Of a DNA stretch of 64,000 nucleotides, positions 46,818-56,087 are shown piece by piece. This stretch comes from Gemmatimonadota bacterium. Lineage in GTDB: Bacteria > Gemmatimonadota > Gemmatimonadetes > Gemmatimonadales > GWC2-71-9. Below the pieces are notes generated by a model. The model ran no database searches and was not told the origin of the DNA. It saw only the letters and a program-made list of their open reading frames with translations. Both the position numbers and the translations under genes were made by a program. Location: positions 1 to 64,000 of the forward strand of contig JBDHKN010000028.1 of the NCBI GenBank assembly GCA_039586365.1. The letters run 5' to 3'. Within the stretch, counting starts at the first letter, position 1, and each line of letters begins with the position of its first letter.

Positions 46818-48245
46818 TTGAATACGCATCAGATGGTCGGCGCGATTGCCGTGACAGTGCTGGGTCTCGGCACCATGCCGCTCAGGGCCCAGCACGAATT
46901 AGTCGGTCAGTGGGACGGTGTGATCGCTATCCTCGGGAACGATCTGGGCATTACGGTCGTATTCGAGGCTACGGGCGCTCAAATAACGGCTCAGATCGAT
47001 ATCCCGCAGCAGGGAGCGCAGGGGCTCCCCCTCGCCAATCTGCGATTCGACGATCCCAACGTGCACTTCGAGCTGCCCGCAGCGCAGGGGACTGCGGTCT
47101 TTGACGGACGTGTGCAGGGCGACTCGGTCACCGGTGACTTCACTCAGGCGGGCTACACCGGCACCTTCTCGCTCCACCGTGCGGAGCCGGCTGCAGCGGA
47201 ACCGGCCGCGCAAGAGGCTCAGCCCTATGTGGAGGAAGAGGTCAGTTTCCGCAACGACGCCATCTTGCTGGCCGGGACTCTCACGCTACCGGATGCGGAC
47301 GGTCCTCATCCGGCGGTGGTGATGATCACCGGCAGTGGGGCGCAGAACCGCGACGAGGAGTTGTTCGGCTTCAAGCCGTTCCGCATCATCGCCGACCACC
47401 TCACACGCCACGGAATTGCAGTGCTGCGGTACGACGACCGTGGCGTCGGCGGCTCGACAGGGAGTGTTTCGCAGGCGACTAGCGAAGAGCTGGCCGGTGA
47501 TGTCTTGGCTGCCGTAGGTCTACTCGAGGCTCGTAGTGACATCGATCCGCGACGGATCGGCCTGATCGGTCACAGCGAGGGTGGCATCATCGCGCCGATA
47601 GTGGCCGCACAGTCGAGCGACATAGCGTTCATCGTGCTGATGGCTGGAACGGCGGTGACCGGCGAGAGGATACTGTTGGCGCAGGGCGAGGCTATACTGC
47701 GGGCCAACGGAGCAACGGAAGCGCGGCTCCAAGCCCAGAGAGAAATGCAACAGCAGATCTTCGCTGTGGTGCGCAGTGGAGCAGGGATGGAACAGCTGGC
47801 AGCCAACCTGCGCGAGCAGATACAGGCGAGTCTCGATTCGCTGCCGGTCGAGCAGCGGGCTGCCATCACAGACGAGGATGCTTTCGTCAACTCGAGGCTC
47901 GAGGGACAACTCAGCATGATCCGGTCGCCCTGGTTCCGCTTCTTCTTGGACTACGACCCCGCGGTGACCTTGGAGCAAGTGACAGTACCGGTGCTGGCAC
48001 TGTTTGGTGAACTTGACCTGCAAGTGCCTCTGGTTGTGAACCGAGAGCCGTTGACCCGTGCGTTGGAACGGGGGGGAAATGACGCGGTCACGATCCGTGT
48101 TTTCCCGCGAGCGAACCACCTCTTCCTGACTGCGGAGACCGGCAGTCCAAACGAATACCCTACCATGGAGAAGGAGTTCGTGCCTGGCTTCCTGGAAGAG
48201 ATGACTGACTGGATCCTAGCGCGGGTGGCAAAAGGCGACTCCTGA
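46818..48245 (+). CDS. Secreted alpha/beta hydrolase
   Basis: LAGTLTLP, GSGAQNRDE, LRYDDRGVG, nucleophile GHSEGG, DLQV, ANHLF. Confidence 0.9.
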   Translation: MNTHQMVGAIAVTVLGLGTMPLRAQHELVGQWDGVIAILGNDLGITVVFEATGAQITAQIDIPQQGAQGLPLANLRFDDPNVHFELPAAQGTAVFDGRVQGDSVTGDFTQAGYTGTFSLHRAEPAAAEPAAQEAQPYVEEEVSFRNDAILLAGTLTLPDADGPHPAVVMITGSGAQNRDEELFGFKPFRIIADHLTRHGIAVLRYDDRGVGGSTGSVSQATSEELAGDVLAAVGLLEARSDIDPRRIGLIGHSEGGIIAPIVAAQSSDIAFIVLMAGTAVTGERILLAQGEAILRANGATEARLQAQREMQQQIFAVVRSGAGMEQLAANLREQIQASLDSLPVEQRAAITDEDAFVNSRLEGQLSMIRSPWFRFFLDYDPAVTLEQVTVPVLALFGELDLQVPLVVNREPLTRALERGGNDAVTIRVFPRANHLFLTAETGSPNEYPTMEKEFVPGFLEEMTDWILARVAKGDS

Positions 48246-48378
48246 AGGGGAAAGCGGTGGGGTTCACGGTTGCCGGGCCAAGCGGTGCCCTGGCGACCGG
48301 ATTCGAAGGCGCGGTCGAACCCTTTTGGTGCCATATTGCGTATAGTGAATACCAGGCAGTCAAACCGGAGCGACTGAA

Positions 48379-49227
48379 ATGAGCCCCAGACTCTACTTGA
48401 TCCCGTTAGCCATGGTTGCGGTCGGTGCAGGCGTGGCGGTCAACCGTCACACGCGGGACCACACCGATCACAAGGAAGTGACGGTTGTGGTCTCACCACT
48501 GCCGCAGCAGCACGAATGGTGTAGCGAGCGCCCCAAATCCAGCCGCGGGTGGTATTGTGAGGTCCGCGAGTTCTCGTTCTCAGCCTCGGACCTGAACGCT
48601 CTGGATGCCAGCCCTAACGGTGACATTGAAATGAGAGGTTGGGACAGCGACGCAGTGCAGGTTCTTGCCAAGGTTCAGGCCAGCGCCCGGTCGGATGCGG
48701 ACGCTCATGACCTGGTATCCGTGGTCCGAATCGCGACGTCGGGTGTGAAACTCAATACCAGCGGTCCCAAGGTAGGGCGCAACGAATCGTGGTCGGTCAG
48801 TTACTGTGCGGCCGTGCCGCGGCGGTCGAATTGGTCGCTGCACGCCACTAACGGTGGGATAGCGGTAGAGGATGTGTCGGGCAATCTCGAGCTGGGGACC
48901 ACCAACGGTGGCATCACCCTGAGAGCGGTCGGCGGTGACGTTCAGGGTCGCACCGTCAATGGTGGGATCAAGGCGGAGCTCGAAGGAAATGAGTGGGACG
49001 GTGCGGGGTTGAGCCTCAGGACGACGAACGGCAGCATCGACATCCTCATGTCAGGTGAATACAACGCCGTACTCGAATCCGCCACGACCAATGGCGCCAT
49101 TCAAGTCGATTTCCCGGTCACGGTGAGCGGCCGGATCAGCCGTAGGTTGAACACCGAACTCGGCAACGGCGGCGCCTTGATACAGGCCGTCACGACCAAC
49201 GGCGCGGTGAGGATCAGGAAGAACTAG
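48379..49227 (+). CDS. DUF4097-like beta-strand repeat protein
   Basis: N-terminal hydrophobic segment; repeated T(T/V)NG(G/S/A)I motifs. Confidence 0.85.
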   Translation: MSPRLYLIPLAMVAVGAGVAVNRHTRDHTDHKEVTVVVSPLPQQHEWCSERPKSSRGWYCEVREFSFSASDLNALDASPNGDIEMRGWDSDAVQVLAKVQASARSDADAHDLVSVVRIATSGVKLNTSGPKVGRNESWSVSYCAAVPRRSNWSLHATNGGIAVEDVSGNLELGTTNGGITLRAVGGDVQGRTVNGGIKAELEGNEWDGAGLSLRTTNGSIDILMSGEYNAVLESATTNGAIQVDFPVTVSGRISRRLNTELGNGGALIQAVTTNGAVRIRKN

Positions 49228-49267
49228 ATTGACGATTGACGATTGACGATCGGAAATCGTCAGTCGT
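49227..49267 (+). repeat. Heptamer array A: (GATTGAC)x3 plus inverted copy
   Basis: Starts on the last base of the TAG of 48379..49227; followed by ATCGTCAGTCGT, able to fold back. Confidence 0.9.
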
Positions 49268-49569
49268 GGGTAATGTAACTCAACTCGGTTGCTTTCTTCG
49301 GTTTCTGACGAGCTGTTGCAGAGCCATAGCTCATGGGATCGGTGGTGGACGGGTCAATGCAAGACGGTGTCCTGGCGGCCTGCACGGTATCCAGCGGGCC
49401 TTTGACCGCATCGTTAGGCCTGCTGGACCACCTGATACTCTGCGCCTCGCACGGTAACATCCCTGTCATGTAGCCGTGCACGTCAACTCACCGGCCGGAA
49501 CGACCGCAAGCCACCTTGCTGAACAGGACTTCCGAGTCTGGTCAGCAACCGGATTCAGTCACCCTACCC

Positions 49570-49603
49570 TCACTCGTAACTCGTCACTCGTCACTCGTCA
49601 ATC
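49570..49603 (-). repeat. Heptamer array B: about 5 GAKTGAC units
   Basis: Minus strand reads GATTGAC GAGTGAC GAGTGAC GAGTTAC GAGTGA and encodes the last residues and stop of the hydrolase. Confidence 0.9.
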
Positions 49604-51963
49604 TCAGAGTTGAGAATCGGGTAGGCTGCCCAGTCTTTGTAGTCGAAGTGCCACCACTCGAATTCGTAGACTGAGAACCCCTCGGCTTCCATGACACGGC
49701 GCAGCAGGTCCCGGTGCCAGCGCTGGCGAGAGGTTCCGCCCGGATAGGCCGGGTAGGAGCGTTCGGTCATCTCGTCGTAGGTGCCGACCATCTGGATCGG
49801 CTCCCCCGTGCGCGAATCGTATAGGGTGAGGTCCACCGCGCAGCCGCGGTTGTGGCGGGAACCACTCGCCGGGTTGGCGACGAAGATCTTCTTGTCTTCA
49901 GGCGTAGCGTCCCAGAACATCTTGGTCACGTACCACGGCCGATAGGCGTCGTGGATCAGGAGACCGTAGCCGTACTCTCGGAGCGCTCTGTGAGCACGCA
50001 CCACTGCTTCAGCCGCGGGTCGTTGCAGGAATGCTCGCGGTTGCTGGTAGAACACGGCGCCCATGAAGTTGTCGGTGGAGGCATAGCGGATGTCGAGTTT
50101 GATGGTCGGATCGAGTTCGGTTACTTCCACCAGATCGGGTTCGCGGAACTCGCCCTGTTCCGGCGCCGGTGATGCGGCGAGAGCCTCCTGTCGCAGTTCC
50201 TCGACCGGTCGTACCGGTTCGATCTGGAAAGTGCCTTCATCCAAACCCACGGGTCTCCGCTCGAACACCACGCTGGCCGCTTCCACCGCTGTCGCCCGGC
50301 CAGTGCTGTCACGATTGAAGAGGAGCCGTTCGCCGTGGTACAGCCCGAAGTCGGGGAACGCGAAGACGTCGGGACTCACCTCTTGCAGCGGATAGAAGAA
50401 GAACCACTCGATCAAGGCGTGGAGCTGTCCTCGGCGTTCCAGGATGAACAGGGTGTTGTGATCCCAGCCGTATTCGCCGATCAAACCGCGCCAGCTGTCC
50501 GGGACAGCCGGGGGCGGCCGGCTGCTGGCCTGCCGCAGAGTGTCCCGCCCGATCACGATCCGGCCATCCTGTAGCAGCACGACCGTCCCCCCCTGGTCCA
50601 GCGGACCGTCGACCACCAATGTGTCGCCCCACTGACGCAACTCGAAGGCGATGCCACCGCGGTACAACAGGCCGTGCAGCCGGCCGTTCAGCTCCAAGAA
50701 TTCGATCCCCGCGTCACCGACGGGGTACTCGCCCACCAAGGCGCGAATTCGCTCGTGGGGAACCGGAAGCGTTCTTCTCGGGGTCGGTAGCGGTTGGTGT
50801 TCCCGCACGGCCAGCATGCTCCTGAGCGCGAGGTCGGCGATCAGGTCAGTGACGGCATTGGCGCCATCTTTTGTGGCCACGACGATCGTGCCGACCTTCT
50901 CGTCAGGTAGCAGTGCCAGTTCGGTGGCGAAGCCGTAGATCGCACCGCCGTGACCGATGCGGCGGTGGCCGTCCAACAGGCCGACGTTGAAGCCGAGGCC
51001 GTAACCGTTGGTGGCTCCCGCGGGAGCAAACTGGGGTTGCCACATCGCGGCGAGGGTCTCCTGCCCGACGACGGCGGTGCCGTCGCGGGTACTCCCGGCG
51101 AACAGCACGCTCATGAAACCGCCCAGGTCGATCACCGTGGAGTACATGCTTCCGGCCGGCGCCATCCCCAATTGGAACGTGGGGGCCTCGAACGACCTGC
51201 CGTCGTAGGTCCACATCTGGGCGGCGGCGAGATCCTCGATCAGCTGTGGTTCCGGCTCGAATGCGCTGCGCCTCATGCCGAAGGGTGTGAGGACCGCGTC
51301 CTTGACGTACTTGGCAAAGGGAACGCCCTGCGTGCGCTCGAGTACGTAGCCGACTGTGGCTACGCCGGCATTGGAGTACTTGATTCTGGCCTCAGGCTCG
51401 TACACCAGTGTCGTGGAGTTCAGGCTTGCCACCATCGCCGGGAGCGAAGGTTCAGTGTCGTCGAAGTAGTTGCCAACTGGTGGCTCCCGCACCAGACCAG
51501 CACGGTGGGACATGAGTTGCCGGAGTGTGATCGGTTTGTCGTAGTGGTTTTCGGGGCTGAAGTCGGGCAGGTACGTGGTGACTGGCGCATCCAGCTCCAG
51601 TTCGCCGTGTTGCACCAACCGCATCACCGCCATGTCGGTGAACAGTTTGGAGACCGATCCCACGCGGTACACCGTGTTGGCCGTAGCCGGAGTGCTGTCG
51701 CCAGGATCGGCGTAGCCGAAGCCGCGCGCCCACACGATCTCCTGATCGTCCACCAGCGCAATGGAGACGGCGGGGATCTCCTTCACCTCCATGTGCCATT
51801 CGATGAACGGTTCGAGCAACTCAGCCACCGCCGCATAGTCCCGGCGCGGCTCAATGTCACCGCTGGCGCCACCACACGAGACAGCCCAAGGGAGGAGGAT
51901 GAAGCAGCTGGACCAGTGCCTGAGGATGTCGGCCATGGTGGCCTTAGAGTGTCTTGCAGCCAT
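49591..51963 (-). CDS. Beta-lactamase-family serine hydrolase fused to a VanX/DdpX-type D-Ala-D-Ala dipeptidase
   Basis: GSVSK (SxxK), YSN, HGG in the N-terminal part; DIRYA..NF, DAYRP, SRHNRGCAVD, EWWHF in the C-terminal part. Confidence 0.92.
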   Translation of the reverse strand: MAARHSKATMADILRHWSSCFILLPWAVSCGGASGDIEPRRDYAAVAELLEPFIEWHMEVKEIPAVSIALVDDQEIVWARGFGYADPGDSTPATANTVYRVGSVSKLFTDMAVMRLVQHGELELDAPVTTYLPDFSPENHYDKPITLRQLMSHRAGLVREPPVGNYFDDTEPSLPAMVASLNSTTLVYEPEARIKYSNAGVATVGYVLERTQGVPFAKYVKDAVLTPFGMRRSAFEPEPQLIEDLAAAQMWTYDGRSFEAPTFQLGMAPAGSMYSTVIDLGGFMSVLFAGSTRDGTAVVGQETLAAMWQPQFAPAGATNGYGLGFNVGLLDGHRRIGHGGAIYGFATELALLPDEKVGTIVVATKDGANAVTDLIADLALRSMLAVREHQPLPTPRRTLPVPHERIRALVGEYPVGDAGIEFLELNGRLHGLLYRGGIAFELRQWGDTLVVDGPLDQGGTVVLLQDGRIVIGRDTLRQASSRPPPAVPDSWRGLIGEYGWDHNTLFILERRGQLHALIEWFFFYPLQEVSPDVFAFPDFGLYHGERLLFNRDSTGRATAVEAASVVFERRPVGLDEGTFQIEPVRPVEELRQEALAASPAPEQGEFREPDLVEVTELDPTIKLDIRYASTDNFMGAVFYQQPRAFLQRPAAEAVVRAHRALREYGYGLLIHDAYRPWYVTKMFWDATPEDKKIFVANPASGSRHNRGCAVDLTLYDSRTGEPIQMVGTYDEMTERSYPAYPGGTSRQRWHRDLLRRVMEAEGFSVYEFEWWHFDYKDWAAYPILNSEIDE

Positions 51964-51965
51964 GT

Positions 51966-52007
51966 GATTGACGATTGACGATTGACAATTGACGATTGAC
52001 GAGTGAC
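51966..52007 (+). repeat. Heptamer array C: 6 units
   Basis: GATTGAC x3, AATTGAC, GATTGAC, GAGTGAC; 2 nt from the likely ATG (51963) of the minus-strand hydrolase. Confidence 0.92.
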
Positions 52008-52257
52008 TTCGACCCGAGCGATCACTGATCACCGATTACTAAATACTGACAAGAATGACCGGACCGTCAAGCTAAATTGGGTAGCGCACCTCTGGGCGGC
52101 GGCACAAGCGGTAGATCATCCAACGCCACGCTCGGCACCGCCTACCGTGCAGCGGCAAAGGAGCGTAACGTCAGCTGCGCTACGATCAACGCCGCGAACG
52201 CGTGTCACTGTGCGTTTGATCAGGACACTGACAATCAGGTCCGGTATGGACCCGCGG

Positions 52258-54999
52258 TCATTCCACCGTCAACGCTTCCACCGGATCGACCCTCATCACA
52301 CGCGCCGCGGGAACGAAGCTCGCTATCATCCCAACCAGAGTGAGAGCCAGCACGACCGTTGCGAATACGAATGCGTCGCGGGGGCTGACGTCATAGAGGA
52401 TCTGCCCGACAGCACCGGCGGCCAGCGCCGCGAGGCATATGCCCAAACCCAACCCCATGCCAAGCTGCACTACACCTCTCCGCATCACCAGACCCACCAG
52501 TTGCATCCGCTGCGCACCGAGCGCCATGCGGATGCCGATCTCCTGCGTTCTGAGGCTCACTGCGAACGACATCACGCCGTATAGGCCCACGGCGGCGAGA
52601 AACAGCGCGAAGAACCCGAGCGCCATGAACATGGTGCTGAATATCCTGAACATCCAGGTTGCGTTCTCCATCACCCTTGCGAGCGAGAATACGTTGTAGA
52701 TCGGGAGATTCGGGTCGACGGCGGCAACGGCCGCCCGCGCGTCGCTGGTGAGGGACAAGGGCTCCGCCCTGGTACGGAGGGCCATGCTGATACTCCGACC
52801 CACACTTGCCTGGGAGATCGGCCTGTAGAACCCCGCCGGACTACCGTTCAGATTGCCGATGCCCTGCATGTACAGGTCGGGGGCCAGCCCTACTACCGTA
52901 AACCACGCCTCGGTGGTGTCTCTTCTTCCCATGCGAATGCGCCCACCAATGGCGTCACCGCCCGGGAAGAAGGTGCGCGCAAACGACTGGTTGACTACGA
53001 CAACGGGCAGCGAGTTGTCTCCGTCGCCGTTGTCGAACGCCCTGCCCCTTAGAACATCTACTTCGAAGGTGCGGAAGTAGTCGGCTGTGATGACTCCCTC
53101 TCGCGCGCTTGGAAAGTCATCATCGGTTGCGTAGGTCTGACCTTCCACTTCGAAGACCAGCAGACCGTTGCCCGCGGCCGGCAGTCCGTCCGACAACGTG
53201 GCAGCCTCCACACCGGGAATCGCTTCGAGCTGTGGCAGCAGACTCTCGTAGAACTGAACTCGACTGGCGTTGTCCGGATATTCCACTTCCGGCAGCAGCA
53301 CCCGGGCCGTGAAGATGTTCTCGGTGGCAAATGGCAGCTCGAGGGTGTTCATTTTCACGATGCTCTTGATCATGAGGCCAGCTCCGATCAGCAGGGCACA
53401 CGACACCGCCACCTCCGCCACGACAAATCCGGCGCTCAGCCGCCCCAACTTGAAACTGGACGCACCGCGGCTCTCGTCCTTGAGCGCTTCACCCACGTCG
53501 GCACCCGATGCCTTGAGCGCCGGCACCACACTTGAGACCAGCGCGGCAATCGTGGTCATCGCGATAACGAACACGGTCACCCGATGATCCACGTCGAACC
53601 TCACCCAGAAGGGAGGAGGTGACAGCTGCATCAGCCCGTCGAGCGAACTCATGAAGAACTCACCCAGCCCGAATCCGAGCGCCCCTCCGATTGCCGCCAG
53701 AATCAGCACCTCCGTGAAGAACTGACGCATTACCCGCGCGCGGCTGGCACCGAGGGCCGTTCGCAGCGCGACCTCCCGCACGCGCGCCGACACCCGTGCG
53801 AGCAACAGGTTGGCCACATTGGAGCAGGCGATGAGCAGCACACCTATCACCGCACCCAACATCGTGAGCATGAGGGGCTTGAACTGCTGCCCGACGAAAC
53901 GAACCGTGAACCCCTCCACCGTGGCGCCAATGCCCTCGTTCGTCTCCGGATGCACCTGCTCCAAACGAGCAGCAATCGTAGCGAGCTGGCTCCTCGCTTC
54001 GTCTAGCGTGACACCCGTCTTCAAGCGTGCTATGCCGATGTACTGCGGACCCTCACCGCGCGGCGTGCTCACGGGATCGAACACGATCGGCAGCCAGACC
54101 TGCTGGCGGTCGGGAAAGCCGAACCCCTCCGGCATGACGCCGACGATTGTGTGCCGGACTCCGTTTGCCGTAACGTTCCTTCCTATCACATCGGCCGACG
54201 ACTCGAAGCGATCGCGCCACACGTCGAATCCGATGAGGACTACTTGTTCTGCCCCCGGCAAATCCTCCCCTTCGCGGAAAGTTCTTCCCAGCACAGGACT
54301 GACCTGCAGCACATCGAACAGATTCGCCGTGGACACGCCGCCCCGATAGCGTTCCGGCCGGCCCTCCGAGCCCGACAGGTTGATGGTGAGTTCCCAGCCT
54401 CCGAAGATCGCGAATTCATCGAACACGTTTTGCTGGTCGCGCCAATCCGCGTAGTCGTGGACCGTGATGCCAATCGGATTCGCATCCCGAGCCAGATTGG
54501 TACGCTCGACGGCCACGACGCGCTCCGCCTGAGGCACCGGCAGCCCTTTCCAAAGAGCGCCGTTCACCATGCGGAACACGGTGGTCGTGAGACCGATGCC
54601 GAGCCCGAACGTGCCGATGACTATGAGTGAGAGACTCGGGTGCTTTAGCAGCATCCGAACGCCGAAGCGGATGTCCTTGATGAAGGCTTCCATGTTAGTC
54701 CACACCGAACGCGAGCGACCTGATGCGCGTGGTGCTCGCGGGTTAGAGCTGAACCGGACTTGGAATCGCTCTGTGACTGAATTGCAGAGCAGGGAGACGT
54801 ACTCCCGGAAACATAGGGTTTGCCGCCCCAGCCACCGACGGTCCTGCGTCGCTTCGCGGTGCAAGTCAAAGAACAGAGTGATCATGCGCTCACGGTGCTC
54901 CGAGCCAAACTCTCTTGGCAAGCACAGCCTCGCGAGCCGAGCGTAACAGCGCACCGCTCTGGGGCTCTCCACCTGTCCATCGCTCGATTCTCGCTTCAT
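52258..54999 (-). CDS. Duplicated orphan ABC permease (ADOP-like, 2 x MacB_PCD/FtsX)
   Basis: DIRFGVRML, GVMP..F.FP, LLIACSNVANLLLAR, R.ALGA, GLYGV, EIGIRMALGA, PAAR..RVDP. Confidence 0.92.
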   Translation of the reverse strand: MKRESSDGQVESPRAVRCYARLARLCLPREFGSEHRERMITLFFDLHREATQDRRWLGRQTLCFREYVSLLCNSVTERFQVRFSSNPRAPRASGRSRSVWTNMEAFIKDIRFGVRMLLKHPSLSLIVIGTFGLGIGLTTTVFRMVNGALWKGLPVPQAERVVAVERTNLARDANPIGITVHDYADWRDQQNVFDEFAIFGGWELTINLSGSEGRPERYRGGVSTANLFDVLQVSPVLGRTFREGEDLPGAEQVVLIGFDVWRDRFESSADVIGRNVTANGVRHTIVGVMPEGFGFPDRQQVWLPIVFDPVSTPRGEGPQYIGIARLKTGVTLDEARSQLATIAARLEQVHPETNEGIGATVEGFTVRFVGQQFKPLMLTMLGAVIGVLLIACSNVANLLLARVSARVREVALRTALGASRARVMRQFFTEVLILAAIGGALGFGLGEFFMSSLDGLMQLSPPPFWVRFDVDHRVTVFVIAMTTIAALVSSVVPALKASGADVGEALKDESRGASSFKLGRLSAGFVVAEVAVSCALLIGAGLMIKSIVKMNTLELPFATENIFTARVLLPEVEYPDNASRVQFYESLLPQLEAIPGVEAATLSDGLPAAGNGLLVFEVEGQTYATDDDFPSAREGVITADYFRTFEVDVLRGRAFDNGDGDNSLPVVVVNQSFARTFFPGGDAIGGRIRMGRRDTTEAWFTVVGLAPDLYMQGIGNLNGSPAGFYRPISQASVGRSISMALRTRAEPLSLTSDARAAVAAVDPNLPIYNVFSLARVMENATWMFRIFSTMFMALGFFALFLAAVGLYGVMSFAVSLRTQEIGIRMALGAQRMQLVGLVMRRGVVQLGMGLGLGICLAALAAGAVGQILYDVSPRDAFVFATVVLALTLVGMIASFVPAARVMRVDPVEALTVE

Positions 55000-55005
55000 C
55001 TACCC

Positions 55006-55332
55006 TCAGAGGATTACGCCTTTGTCCCGGGCCATCCCGGCCACTGCCGTGAGCCACTCCGCTTCCGTTCGCAACACTCTCTTACCCCTGGCCGTGATGC
55101 TGTAATAGTTGCGGCGCTCGTCGTCGAGTTCGGGTACCGGGCGCTCCTCCGATTCCTCAATGAGCCCGTCATTCAGCATCCGCTTGATCGCGGTGTAGAG
55201 CGTGCTCGCCGTCAAGCGCACTCTTCCGTCGGTGTGCCGCTGAACGTCGCGGATGATGGCGTAGCCGTGCAGTTGCTTGTCGCTCAGCGAGAGCAGGATC
55301 TGGAAGGCTTGGGGCGAGAGTGTCTTGGACAA
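55006..55332 (-). CDS. PadR family transcriptional regulator
   Basis: ILLSL, HGYAI, TLYTAIKRM, RRNYYSIT..G. Confidence 0.9.
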   Translation of the reverse strand: MSKTLSPQAFQILLSLSDKQLHGYAIIRDVQRHTDGRVRLTASTLYTAIKRMLNDGLIEESEERPVPELDDERRNYYSITARGKRVLRTEAEWLTAVAGMARDKGVIL

Positions 55333-55395
55333 GCCAAACCTCTATCTCGAATCATGTAATAGTACTGCGTAGCGCGATATAGTATTCATCAAATC

Positions 55396-55564
55396 TACGT
55401 ATTGTCTGGTGAGGAGGTTTCAGGTCAGTGGGGGGCCGCAAGGGGCGTGCGGACGCGACGGGTCGTCCTGCGAAGTTAGCTAGCCGTCCAGATGTGTTTA
55501 GCCGACGTCGGGCCGGGTCCCGACGGTGGCGATCGCCTGAAACCTCCTCCGGAGACAATCCGTA
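55396..55564. other. 169-bp element bounded by 29-bp imperfect inverted repeats (MITE-like or structured RNA)
   Basis: TACGTATTGTCTGGTGAGGAGGTTTCAGG (55396-55424) pairs with CCTGAAACCTCCTCCGGAGACAATCCGTA (55536-55564) at 25 of 29 positions. Confidence 0.7.
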
Positions 55565-55633
55565 TGGTAAAGATGTAGGGGTAATCCCTATAGCTTTGCC
55601 CCCTGGAATCTGACATCAGCCACCGGAGGCTCC

Positions 55634-55990
55634 ATGAGCGCGCGGGATCCCACAGAGCTGCTACCGTTAACCACGCTCACCTATCACATACTCCTCGCAC
55701 TGGCCGGCACGCCGCGCCACGGCTATGGGATCATCAAGGAGGTGTCCAACCGGACCGATGGGTGCGTGGAGCTGGAGACCGGTACCCTGTACGCGGCCAT
55801 CAAGCGGCTGCGCGACGAGCAGTTGATCGAGGTCGTGCCAAGATCCGAGCGGCCGCCAGAGGAGGACAGCCGCCGCAGGAACTACCGTCTCACCAAGTTC
55901 GGCCAGGCTGTGCTGAAGGCCGAGTCGCAGCGGCTAGCTCAACTGGTGGGAATGGCGGTGGAGAAGAGTGTGCTGCCGGCGTGGGATTGA
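55634..55990 (+). CDS. PadR family transcriptional regulator
   Basis: GGAGG RBS; HILLAL, HGYGI, GTLYAAIKRL, RRRNYRLT.FG. Confidence 0.92.
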   Translation: MSARDPTELLPLTTLTYHILLALAGTPRHGYGIIKEVSNRTDGCVELETGTLYAAIKRLRDEQLIEVVPRSERPPEEDSRRRNYRLTKFGQAVLKAESQRLAQLVGMAVEKSVLPAWD

Positions 55991-56047
55991 CGATTGATGA
56001 TTGACGATTGACGAGTGACGAGTGACGATTGACGAGTGACGAATGAC
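55985..56047 (+). repeat. Heptamer array D: 9 units
   Basis: GATTGAC/GATTGAT/GAGTGAC/GAATGAC units; the first unit supplies the PadR stop codon. Confidence 0.93.
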
Positions 56048-56087
56048 CGATCATGACCGCTCACCGCTCTGTGGCGGAGACGCAGCG

